A stretch of 56,353 bases of DNA. It comes from Psammoneis japonica. Lineage: Eukaryota. The notes under the pieces are model-generated. The model saw only the letters and a list, made by a program, of their open reading frames with translations. It searched no databases and was not told the DNA's origin. Positions within the stretch are counted from its first letter, which is position 1, and every line of letters starts with the position of its first letter. The position numbers and the translations under genes are program-made. The DNA lies in NCBI GenBank assembly GCA_008632985.1, contig QPGO01000319.1, positions 1-56,353 on the forward strand. The letters are read 5' to 3'. This document shows positions 12,406 through 22,607 of the stretch, one piece after another.

Positions 12406-14210
12406 ATGGATGATGTTGACATCTTGTGTGTCAGTGCCAGCTGTGTTCGGACAATCTGTTGTCATGACTGCATTCTCCGAAAGGCTTTTTGTTGTCTGCA
12501 GAAGCAAGCGCAGAAGCTCTGGGCCATTGAGGACTCATTCGGACAAACCAAAAATCACAGAGCAAAATTCAATCTCACAATTTCCACTTTTCGCACCTTG
12601 TTCTGATTTCATTTGCACTTGTTCTTCAAGCACAGTGCAAGTGCAATGTGCAGCTGCTGACAAGAGTTGGTGTGTCACGGCGACGTGTTGCAGCCTTTAA
12701 ATGTCACAAAGGGCGTGACAAAAACAACCTTTTGTCTGCATGCATGCTGCATTGCATTGCTGCAGACAACTCCCACTCGGGTTTCGAACCCCTGGCCTCC
12801 TGCCTAATGGCATCCACTGTCGAACGCGTAAAACTCTGTGCAGTTCTGCACGTTCCTTCGTACGCACCCACACTGTTTCGCCAAAACCGTGCAGTGTCAG
12901 CACACGTTAGTAAAGAGCCGCATGGACGCGTGACACATGGGGAGGAGTGCAATTTACAGCCACTGGTGAGAGCCAATGCATCACGGCGACGTGTTGCAGC
13001 CTTTAAATGTCACAAAGGGCGTGACAAAAACAACCTTTTGTCTGCATGCATGCTGCACAAGTGAGTGCTTGGCTGCTCCAATGACTTGAAACAAATTGGC
13101 TCCCCATGAGCAGTGTTTTGCAAGTGATGTGGCAGTGAGGTGGCCATGGTTGAGAGCAATGTGGTTGGTGCCTTTGAGAGACACCATTTGTTGTCCCAAC
13201 TCAGCACACATCTCGCAGAAGTGCCACAACAGTTTGCAGGAGGCTGTCTTTCTTGGTGCTCACACAAGTTGTGAGCATCATCATCACCCTGGATGTGAGC
13301 AAGATGGTGGCTGTCTCTCGCACTCTTGCTGGTCTGAAACCTTTTCGCTTTTTCTCATGCCACGCAAGCTTCACAGGGGCTGGTGCAGATGCTGTTGAAG
13401 ATCATTGTCAATTGATGGGATGGACACACCCCAGGCAGAAACACGTGTGTGAAAACTCTTTGTTCAAGGCAGGTGCTGCGCTTCTTGGCAGTGCTGCTCA
13501 TCTTCTTGCACGGGAGCACTCCAAGTGCTGGAGAGTGTGAGTCTGCTTCTGAAAGCCATTGTGGACAAGAGCCAGTGAGCACCATTTGAGTTGCTGCACA
13601 GCAAAGGTCTTCCACCATGGGGAAGGATCTTGCGGCACTTTTCATCAAAGAAGACGGCTCAAGCATTTTCCAACAGAAGGATGCAGTGGCAAGGATGCAC
13701 ACAAAATGACAAGAAAGATGCACTTCACAAGCAAACCCTTTGTCTTGGCTCAAAATCAGGGAACATTTGAGACATCAAGAGAGCTCAGCAGCTGTTGAAT
13801 GGTTGGCTGGAAGAAGCATGTGACAAGTGCTGAGACCTTTCTGAAATCAAATTGTGCAGCAGCACTGTTGCCTCTCCATTTTGTCTCAAATGAAGCAAAC
13901 AAAAGTTGGCTGCAGAGTTCCTTGTCAGAGGTGTTGTGTGTTTTGTGTTCTTGGACCAGGGTCAGCAGCAGGATTCAAACTGCATCAGCAGCCACATTGC
14001 AAATTGCACACATGGCAGAAATTGCACAACTTGCACAGGAGTCCAAGAGAATTTTGGCTCCTTTTGCCCTTGCTGTGACTGCAAAAATGACACAAAAGAG
14101 CAAAGAAAACTTCCAAAGTCAAGAGCTTGCACTGTCTCAAACAGATGCCACTGCATTGACTGACGCCAAGTTTTTGCAGACATCTCATTGTTTTGCACAT
14201 TTTTGCCTGT
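12406..14210 (+). pseudogene. Decayed ORF relic interrupted by the TRIM
   Basis: Protein-like stretches after restoring C/H to Y (MDDVDIL.VSAS.VRTI...; KMTRKM.FTSKPFVLAQNQGTFE). Family not recognised. Confidence 0.3.
12642..13057 (+). mobile_element. TRIM-like miniature LTR retroelement (416 bp)
   Basis: 110-bp LTRs 12642-12751 and 12948-13057, both TG...CA, with the last 77 bp identical. Polypurine tract ggggaggag (12939-12947) abuts the 3' LTR. 4-bp TSD caag at 12638-12641 and 13058-13061. No coding capacity. Confidence 0.85.
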
Positions 14211-14342
14211 AGTCTGTTGGGTCTTTTTGGTTTGACCCAAATCACCTGAGACACCTGCAACTTCACGTGATGTGTGAGCCACTGAATGGCTCACACTGGG
14301 AGCGGGGTCAGCTGGCCATGATGACACACAACTGTGCACCAG

Positions 14343-14730
14343 ACGCGTTCCAGGTCTAGGTGGGACCTCGTACTACTGAACTGTGACATCGACAGTTTTT
14401 TGAATCACGTCGTATGTCGCACACGTAGATTTCTACGTGATTTTTTCGACATTTTGTGTCATTTTACGGTACACTTATTGAGCGATCCGTCCAACAACTT
14501 TTGACATTTTTTGTTACAGCGCGATTCTATAATGTCTTAAGAATCGCGTAGGGCAGGCGCATTTGCAAAAACGTTGAGTGGCAAGAGGCATAATTGTACC
14601 ACAAACTTGGCAGTTTATTTGATGTTGAAGATAAATATATCCATTAATTAAATTCTCGTACTACGGAGCTCGCACGTAGAATTCTACGGGCCCAATGTCA
14701 CACGGAGTCCCACCTAGGACTGGAACCCGT
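14343..14730. mobile_element. MITE (388 bp) with 24-bp TIRs and a 3-bp CAG target-site duplication
   Basis: acgcgttccaggtctaggtgggac (14343-14366) matches the reverse complement of gtcccacctaggactggaacccgt (14707-14730) at 21/24. cag lies at 14340-14342 and 14731-14733. AT-rich non-coding interior. Confidence 0.82.
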
Positions 14731-14732
14731 CA

Positions 14733-15025
14733 GCAGCTGCATCCAAAAACATTCAAACAGTCACTCAGCACTCCACAGCAGTGCCAGAAGAGGAGCTGAG
14801 CATGCCAGCTCAAGAGCGGCCCTCTTTTTTGCTCGTGTTTTTGTGCATCAAGTTGGCAACGGAGATGCTGCTCTGGCTGTGAAATCTGAGCCCCAATCCA
14901 ATGGAACCGACCACATCAAAACAAGAGATGCCAGTTGGTGCAATGGCATCAAGCCACCCTTCAAATGAATGCTGCAGCTGCAAGGCAAAATCTTGACCCA
15001 CTTTCGTTGGCGAGAGGATGCTGGA
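14733..15025 (+). pseudogene. Mutated fragment of exon 2 of the 7706-8535 gene
   Basis: Aligns to 8255-8535 with indels, an in-frame-disrupting change, and TA/CG->TG/CA substitutions. Confidence 0.85.
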
Positions 15026-15321
15026 GAGAGAGTGGAGCCTTGTGTTGTCCCTGTTTTGTGCAAGTGATGCTGCACTTTGCTGTGCATTGGATCTTGTTTT
15101 GCAGCTGGACAGAAGAGACTTTAAATGCCACTTTGCTGCTGCAGTTGCACTCCACTGCAGGACCCACAAGACCAGCTGCTGCTGCTGCGGCTGCATGCTC
15201 TGCTGGAGAGCAGAATTGACCGGCTGGACTCTGTCAAAATCTGAGACGTGAGTGCAGTTTCTGCGTGTGCACGACTGACAAATTTCAAATTCTGACAACC
15301 ACCACATTGTCACATCCCATC

Positions 15322-16403
15322 ATGCCACAACAAACTCAACTGCCGCCAGTGGCCAGCCCCATTCTTTCACAAGTTTTGGGCAAGCTCAATGCCATTGTGT
15401 GCTTGTTGCATTTGACACGTCTCCTGTGGTTGCAAAACGAGGGAAATGTGAGCCGGTTGCAAGATGTGTTGGCCATGACGAAGCCAAGCGAAGTTGATTG
15501 CTTGGAAATCTTGCACGTTGATGATGATGGTGCCAAGCAATTGAGCCAAAAACTTCCCTGCTTTTGCAAATTAACAAACCTTTGTTTGACTGGTCGCAAC
15601 CTTGATTCAGAGGGCATGAAGCATTTGTGTCGAGCCCTTTTGTCGCTCCCAAAACTGTTTGTCCTTGGGTTGCCTTGCTGCGACATTGGGGATGACGGTG
15701 CAGCGTGTTTGTCAGAAGTCATCCCTTCTCTTTTTCGGCTGAAGGAACTCTTTCTGAGCTGCAACAGCATTGGCCCTGATGGTGCAAAGTCTTCACGCAA
15801 AGCCCGGGAACAGAGTGCAGAGTTTGAATGGGTCGACCTCTCAGGAAACTCCATCGGAAATCGAGGTGCAGAATGTCTTGGCAAACTGTTGATGAAAAAT
15901 CACAAACTGACAGGTTTGAGGCTGTCAAATTGTTGTGTTGGGCAAAACGGAGCTGAAGCATTGGTCAGGAGCGTGAACGAAAGCTCATCCATTGATGCTC
16001 TTGATCTTGATGGCAACGGCATTGGAGACGGTGGTGCAAGAGCCCTCGGACAAATGCTTGCATAAAACAACACAATCGTGGATGTGCGTGTGTCGCGGTT
16101 GGTGGGGAGGCGGCCCCAGTGGATTGCGTGAAGCAAAATTTGAAGGTCAATCCCTGCCATTTGTGGTACGGCATTAGCGAGGATCAAGTGTCTGAGATTG
16201 AAAGGGACCAGGAGATGTTGCGAGACATTTTGCGGTTGTTGCGTCATGATTCGATTCCTGATGGCATTTGGGCCAAGGTGTTGGCACGGGTTAGAAACAA
16301 CCCTAACCTTCTTTACCGTGTGGTCACGGCCAAACCGGATATTTTCAAGAAATGGGACCGCGCGTTGGTTCCGAATTCGAGGAGTAGCATGGGATGTATT
16401 TGA
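15322..16403 (+). pseudogene. RNI-like LRR pseudogene, copy B
   Basis: Tyr-free ORF with LxxLxLxxNxIGxxGAxxL repeats, ending at a premature TAA (16063-16065; copy A has CAA). The unmutated C-terminal IWAKVLARV...NLLYRVVTAKPDIF follows in another frame. Confidence 0.85.
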
Positions 16404-17032
16404 GATGTATCCATCGACGTCACTTGGTGTTCAGTGTATATGTTTGTAGATTACGCGCAACAATCTAGTAAAATACACCATGTATCTTTTTGTTTCTTCT
16501 ATCAAAGCCCATTCTTCGTACGGTGGAGGTATTATCCCTACCTGTTTGTAGTCCCTCTAGTAGCTAGCTAGCTAGCAACCGATGGTCTATTCTTCCGAAC
16601 GAACCGTAATCTCCCTCGACATTACTAACTTTCTTTGCGGCTTATTGTTGTAGTCATTCTCTTGTTTGAATCCACCTCTAGTCCCAGAAACGATAAGGCC
16701 TCTTCTGGAAACGTAGTTGAAATACCTTTGCACATCAATCGTAAAGCGCAAAGGTACATACTGGTCTAGCAGGAGAGTACAATACATAGTTTCAAATAAT
16801 AGAGCTACACGTAGTATAAGCCATTATTCGACCATGACGACCTACAGTCTAACCAACAAAGTCCTACAAACAAACACACGATTTTTCACATATTTTATAC
16901 TATTGGAGTACACATTCTCGATTGTTTCTTGCATGATTGGTGCCTCCAGTTTCCCAAATCGTTCTTTACACAAAAAGAGAGTTTATGCTTTGTGCCATTG
17001 AATAAGAAACGTAGCTGCTGCAACACAAAAGC

Positions 17033-17035
<3 letters not shown>

Positions 17036-17064
<29 letters not shown>
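17036..17064. repeat. (CT)n microsatellite downstream of aureochrome
   Basis: About 14 CT units. Confidence 0.9.
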
Positions 17065-17068
<4 letters not shown>

Positions 17069-17108
17069 CCAACGATATAATAACTCTACCTCCCATTCTC
17101 CTTCTTCA

Positions 17109-18518
17109 CTACTCCTTGTTCAATCCATCCTCGCCCGCCGCTGCCGCTGCTTGTAGTCGAGCTTCATCTTCTTCTTCTTGTTTCTTGCACACATTGGCCG
17201 CATACTGATCCGACACTTTACACTGCACACCAACATAATTGGTAATGTTCCCACCGGCATCTCTCAAGGCGGCAATAAAGAATTGATTCCAAAAGGTCGT
17301 TCCATCGACACGATAATTCAATAGACACACCGACATGTCGGTTCCTTCTTCAATCGATCGACGAATCTTTTCCACCGCCTTGGGGTCCGTTTCGGGTCCT
17401 TGTAAGAAACGACAATTGCGTCCCAACACTTGATCCAAGGTGTATCCCGTGAGATTTAAAAATCCCTGTGTCGCATAGACAATGGGGTTATCGGGAAGAG
17501 ACGGATCCGTCACGACAAAGTTTTGTTGTGCCGTTTGTAATGCCTTGATGAAACTAAAATCGGGATCGTCCAATACCTTGTTGGCATCGTTGGAATTGTT
17601 GGCAATGAGTGAATTTCCAGAGGACGACGCTGCCGCGGCAGCGTGTTGTTCTAAATTGGACAAAATGCCCTCGGCAGCTTCATTGCCCAAGTGAGAACGA
17701 ACCGAGGAACGGAGTTTTTCGTTTTCTTCCTTGAGGAGTGTTACGGATTGTTGGAGGGATTCGAGAAGGAACTTTTTGCGAATGCGAGAGCGTTTGGCGT
17801 GTTCGCGGTTGCGTTCTCTGTATGTGTATAGAGAGAAAAAGAGAGGGAGTTTTATGAGGTATTCATACAAAAGCCAAATCATCACCGCCATATGCTCAAA
17901 ACAACAGCAACAATACTAATTTTCAATTTCTTCTCACCTCCGCTCTACTTTTTGTTGTTCACTCATTTTTCGTTCCGATCCACCCCTCGACGAAGTGGAT
18001 GTGGATCGTCCACCCGTCTTGCGTTTCGGACTAGGCGATGGTGCCGTGGTGGCATATTGCATATGATGACGTTGTTGCGGTGGTTGAACAAAGGGTACCG
18101 CTGGAGGTGCTGCTGTACCCACTCCTCCAGCAGTATTACTCATGACGAGTGCCGGTGCACCGGGTTTGTCGAGATTGGTAGTTTGAATACCACCAGCCAC
18201 CGCCACAGGAACAAACGGTTGTTGTTGCGTCTGTGCTGTAGTTGCAGTTTGTTCTGTAGCAGGACGACTTGCAATGGGTGCGACGTGATTGCCTTCACCA
18301 CTTTTCAAAACGCCACTCGAATTAGCCTGATCATCCATAAATACCGTTTCACCGTCGGGAGTAAAGAAACAATCTCCAAAAATATCATCGAGATTGAGAG
18401 TGGCCGGTGTTCCGCGTTGTGCTACCGCCGCGGCTGCCGATGCCGACAAGTTGGGAACATCCGAAGCAAAGACAGGAACTGGTGGTTGTTGTTGTTGCTG
18501 TTGATTGGATGATGCCAT
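17109..18518 (-). CDS. AUREO1a: Aureochrome 1a (bZIP-LOV blue-light transcription factor), 2 exons, ~429 aa
   Basis: Exon 1 18518-17938, intron 17937-17818, exon 2 17817-17109. bZIP ERRERNREHAKRSRIRKKFLLESLQ. LOV domain with GRNCRFLQG, NFVVTDPSLPDNPIVYA, FWNQFFIAALRD. Confidence 0.96.
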
Positions 18519-18938
18519 GGTCGATGATGTTTATAGATAAAGAGATTGATACAGCGTCTAAGCGCAACAAACACAACAGCAACAACAACAAGGTGCCGCT
18601 ACTGCTCTGCCAATCGCTCGCTCAAAAAGATACTGGATCTCTCGTAGATTTTACGCAGAGACATCGCCTTCGATGCGTTTTGACGCACAACAACACATGA
18701 TTGGTGGAATCCATCAGGACTCTGCAGTAGAGTAAACTAAAATAATCGCACGTAGTGTCACAGTATGGTCGTCACACTCGAAAAGGTTGCCTTCAACGTC
18801 GGTTAGAAGATTGAATACATCCGGGTTACAAAATGTCTTCCCGTCCTTCCGCGATCAGAATTCAAAAGATCTTTTATCCTTCTTCAGCTATGAATATATT
18901 TATTTTCAGAGAATCTTCTCAACATGCCAACCGGGATC

Positions 18939-18955
18939 AGTACAAATTCCACGTA
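18939..18955 (+). promoter_or_regulatory. Candidate promoter motif AGTACAAAT(T)CYACGTA
   Basis: Recurs at 25610-25625(-) and 31969-31985(-), with a variant at 1131-1150(+). Each is oriented toward an ATG 65-160 bp away. Confidence 0.5.
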
Positions 18956-19078
18956 GATTTTTCGTAGAATTCAATTTCAGGTGACATCAAAACACACACA
19001 CACAACAAACAGCGAAACACACCGTTGTTATCATTGTCATTGTTATCAATAAAAACAACAACACATAGTACCAACAAC

Positions 19079-22000
19079 ATGCCCAGCGGTGAAGAAGAAG
19101 CCCCGACTATCGAGGTGGATGAGGAAGGAATTCCACTGCAAAAAGATGACGACGACGAAGAAAAAGAAGCAGACATTGCTGTATCCTTCAAGGAAGAACA
19201 GGACGATGCTGAGATTGCGGTGCCCGCTTATGATGACGATGAACCCAACGATGAAATGCTCAAAATTTCCAGAACCCAACTTGGAAATTTAACCTTTCGT
19301 GATCATCACACCCTCAAAGCACCGAGCAATTCCATTCGTTACGTCGAAGGCCGCGTTCGTATCTACGGACAACGCAATTCTCAATTTGTTTTGGAAGAGA
19401 GGGATGGTGACGTGACGGCGAAAATTGCCAAGGACGGCAGTGTCGGATTGTCGTTTTTACGATTGGTCTATACCGTGGTGGCATTGTTAATGACGGGATT
19501 TTTGTTGATTTTTTGTCTCCAATTGCTCCTCTTTTTGTTTCTGGCACTCGCGGGCAATGCGGGATTAACGTCGGAAACGCAATTTCAATTTGGAAAATTC
19601 TTTGGAACGCTTCTCAGTGTTCCCGTCTTTGTGTATTCACTGGCGTGTGCATTGGCGATTGCGGCGTCGTTTGTGACGGACACGTGGGGTGGTATGTTGC
19701 ATATAATATACTGATGAATGTGGCATACCAAAATCAACAATAGCACTCATAAACCTTACACCTTACTGCTCTTTCTTTTCCACACAGGACACACATTTGC
19801 CAATACCATTTCCAAATGGAAGGACGTTTCGACGCAATGGTTTTCTTTTTTGTCTTTTTGGCCATTCCCTTGATCACCGCCATTTGCGCACTCTTTGCCA
19901 AATCCCAAGATTGGTGGGCCATTACGGCACTCACGTGGTTTTCGGCCGTCTTTGCCTATTATTGTCTCTTTGCCTTTGCCGTGGTGTACTTTGAGATTTC
20001 GGGTTGTCTCGAGTTGGTGAGGAGGCATCCCAAAGTCGATACGCAGGATGATAATTTGTTTGCCGTCGCCAAGAGTGCTATACTGTTACGACAATTGCAA
20101 CGCTTTAGTGGAAAGCAAAAACGCGAATACTTGGTCCGCGGCACACACGAACCACAAGAAGGTGTTCGTAGTGACGAAGATCACTTGATGGAACGCACCA
20201 AAATGTCACTCTATTCTCGTTTCACCCTGTGGCCGTGGTTGCATCAACACGGCTTTTTTGAATTAATCGAGGAACCATGAGACTCTTTACCATTGATGAA
20301 GTCCAAGACATTGCTCCGTACGTGACGGCCAATACATGGTCGTTGGAAAAATTGTGTTGTCGTTCGCGCAATTCGCGATTTATTGCCGTCGTCAATGGTC
20401 CCGCCGCCTTGACGCCCGCACAAGTCAAGAGCAGTTTTTATTGTGCCATTTTGGGCAATGTCATTTGTATCCTTGTGACGGTGTCTCTCTTGGTTTGGGT
20501 GGGAGCCACGACGGGTGCGGCCATTTTTGTCGGTGTCATTGTCGGATTACTGCTCATTCCACCGCGCGACGGTCCATTGGATTGTACCGATTGTACCAAC
20601 GCACCACATTGGCCAAAAAAGACGACAATGACGTCCGGACCGACGAAGTCTTGTATCAAGTGTGGGATTCACTTCGTATTACCCGTGCAAATCCTCGCAT
20701 GTGTTGGTCCATGTTTTGGTTGGAAATCATTTTCTTTTATATTCTTCCGCTCGTGACGCTTTTTTCCGTCAAGAATTATCCAATTGCCATTCTTTTTGTC
20801 TTGATGGGATTTGTGAGTCTCGTACGATTCTACTTTAATGCGGCGGCCGTGTTGCGAGAATTGGGAACCATTGATATTTTGGATGAAGACTTGCAATCGG
20901 CCACATCCAGGAGACAATCCATGTTGTTGGATCAAGATTATCGCGAAAAGAATCGATTGAATCTCATTATTGGAAAAATCAGTCAAGGCCGCCGACGTAA
21001 CGTTTGGCTGTGGGTGTTTACTATTGTCGTGGGGGTCTTTTGTATTTTGTTTTTGGCTGCCTTTGGAGTGGGTTCCAGTGAAGGCAAGGAGACGGTGCCC
21101 GTCTTTTTATCGGCAGATCAGTTTGTGTACAATCAAGCCAATCGGCTGCCCTATCCGACGTGTCGTATGGGAAATGGATTGGAAATGCCGGGCAGTCCCG
21201 AAACGGCGCTTGCCGATTATACCTTTTTGAGTGCGCTCGCCTATGTTGATCCCGACATTACACAATTTTGGCTCGATTCATGGTTTGGAGATGATCCCAA
21301 GGCGGTCGATCGACAAGATGAAGTGGACAAGTTTCGTGATGAAGTCTTGTTGGGAGCCGAATCGGCCGTCTCGTACAAACTCATTACCTTTCCCGAAGAC
21401 GATCCCGACTATGCCGTGGTGGCTATTCGTGGTACCAGCAATGGGTGGGATGCTCTGACGGATGCCCAGCTTTGGAGTGCCGCGGCGCTGGCGCAGTATG
21501 TTCGAGCGCTCTTGCCGCTGGGCGACATTTGGACGCCAATTTTGGTTAATCTAGTAAAGGCCGTGTCCTTGCTCGAATCCGATTCCTTGGACAAGGTGGC
21601 CTATTACAAGCAAACGACACAGTTTGTCGAGTACCTCAAGGCAGAAACGCAATGGACCGATCTTCGCATTACTGGTCATTCCCTTGGCGGCGGATTGTCC
21701 ATGATTACCGGTGCGCAGACAAAGACAGCCAGCATTGCCGTGTCGGGTCCCAACAATATGATTTCGCGCAAAACCTTTGAACCCGAACTGGCCGAAGATG
21801 AAATCAATACGTACAACTTCAACATTGTTCCGGAAAAGGACCCAGTTCCAAGAATTGACGACCTTGGCAGACTTTACCAGCGTGTCGATTGTACCGCGGA
21901 CAATAACCGGTTTGTCGATTGTCACACGGCGACCCGAACCTTGTGTGAGATTTTGAATACGTGCGGTACCAATGGACGTCCCACCTTTTGCTTTTGTACC

Positions 22001-22081
22001 GAGCTCTACGGCTATCCTCCGCCCGAGGCGCTCACCAATGTCACGTTTGAAGAAGCTTGTGCGGCGAGCCCGACTGCTTAG
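19079..22081 (+). CDS. Multi-pass membrane protein with a C-terminal class-3 lipase domain
   Basis: Many TM segments, then VAIRGT, ITGHSLGGG (nucleophile elbow), DPVPRID and CH. Intron 19692-19787. Apparent single-base frameshifts near 19850, 20278 and 20563. Confidence 0.85.
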
Positions 22082-22607
22082 AGCAATTATGATGTGTTGT
22101 TATCTGTCGTGTGGTTGTGTCGAAAATATTTGTTTCAGAGTAGTGTGTAGTGTGAAGAGGTTATAATATATGTTTGAGAATCCACACTACAACTAGGTGT
22201 TTACTATGAAGTTCTCGTGTTGTGCCTATTCGCTTCACTACAATGAACTGACGGGCAGTTTTCAAGAACGGAGATCGGCTCCTCGCCATCGTCGTTTTTC
22301 GGCTTGTCTCGTGTTCCATCGCGCGGGGAAGTGGGCAAGAACAACCAGTCGAACTAGTCAAGTTTCTTGCGAACACCAATATTTTAAATCTTATTACTCT
22401 ACAGTAGCCCTCTCTCTACTAGAGAGAGTAGTAGCTACTCTAGCTAGAGAGTAGAGAGTAAAATTATTTTAAATCTGTGAAGTCGAACTGTTTTCACGGG
22501 ATGTTGTGCCCATGCGAATAGTCTACTTTCAGACTGTAGCATACAGCTCGTTTGGTCCTATCTACTTCCACATTACCGCTGTCCTATTTTATGACATGCT
22601 CTCTCTA

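Larger units (their letters stand above)
8800..16160. other. TpA/CpG-erased hypermutated domain (island 2), interrupted by an unmutated MITE
   Basis: About 14 TA in 8850-14340 and 3 in 14733-16160 by eye, against normal TA density on either side. Paralog comparisons show TA->TG/CA. Confidence 0.92.
14733..16875 (+). repeat. Segmental duplication copy B
   Basis: Colinear with 8255-10345. Begins exactly at the right MITE end. Confidence 0.9.

Noticed and set aside
12770..12810. Functional tRNA gene
   Set aside because: Only a T-arm-like half is present, with no adjacent D-arm or acceptor pairing. It lies inside the TRIM.
12642..13057. CRISPR-like repeat-spacer array
   Set aside because: Only two 110-bp repeats, with LTR hallmarks, in a eukaryotic context with no cas genes.
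8900..14340. Dense overlapping Cys/His-rich ORFs in all six frames (also 5000-7100 and 32000-33600)
   Set aside because: Artefact of TA erasure: TAA/TAG stops and Tyr codons are removed, which inflates ORFs. They are not real Cys-rich proteins or a recoded genetic code.
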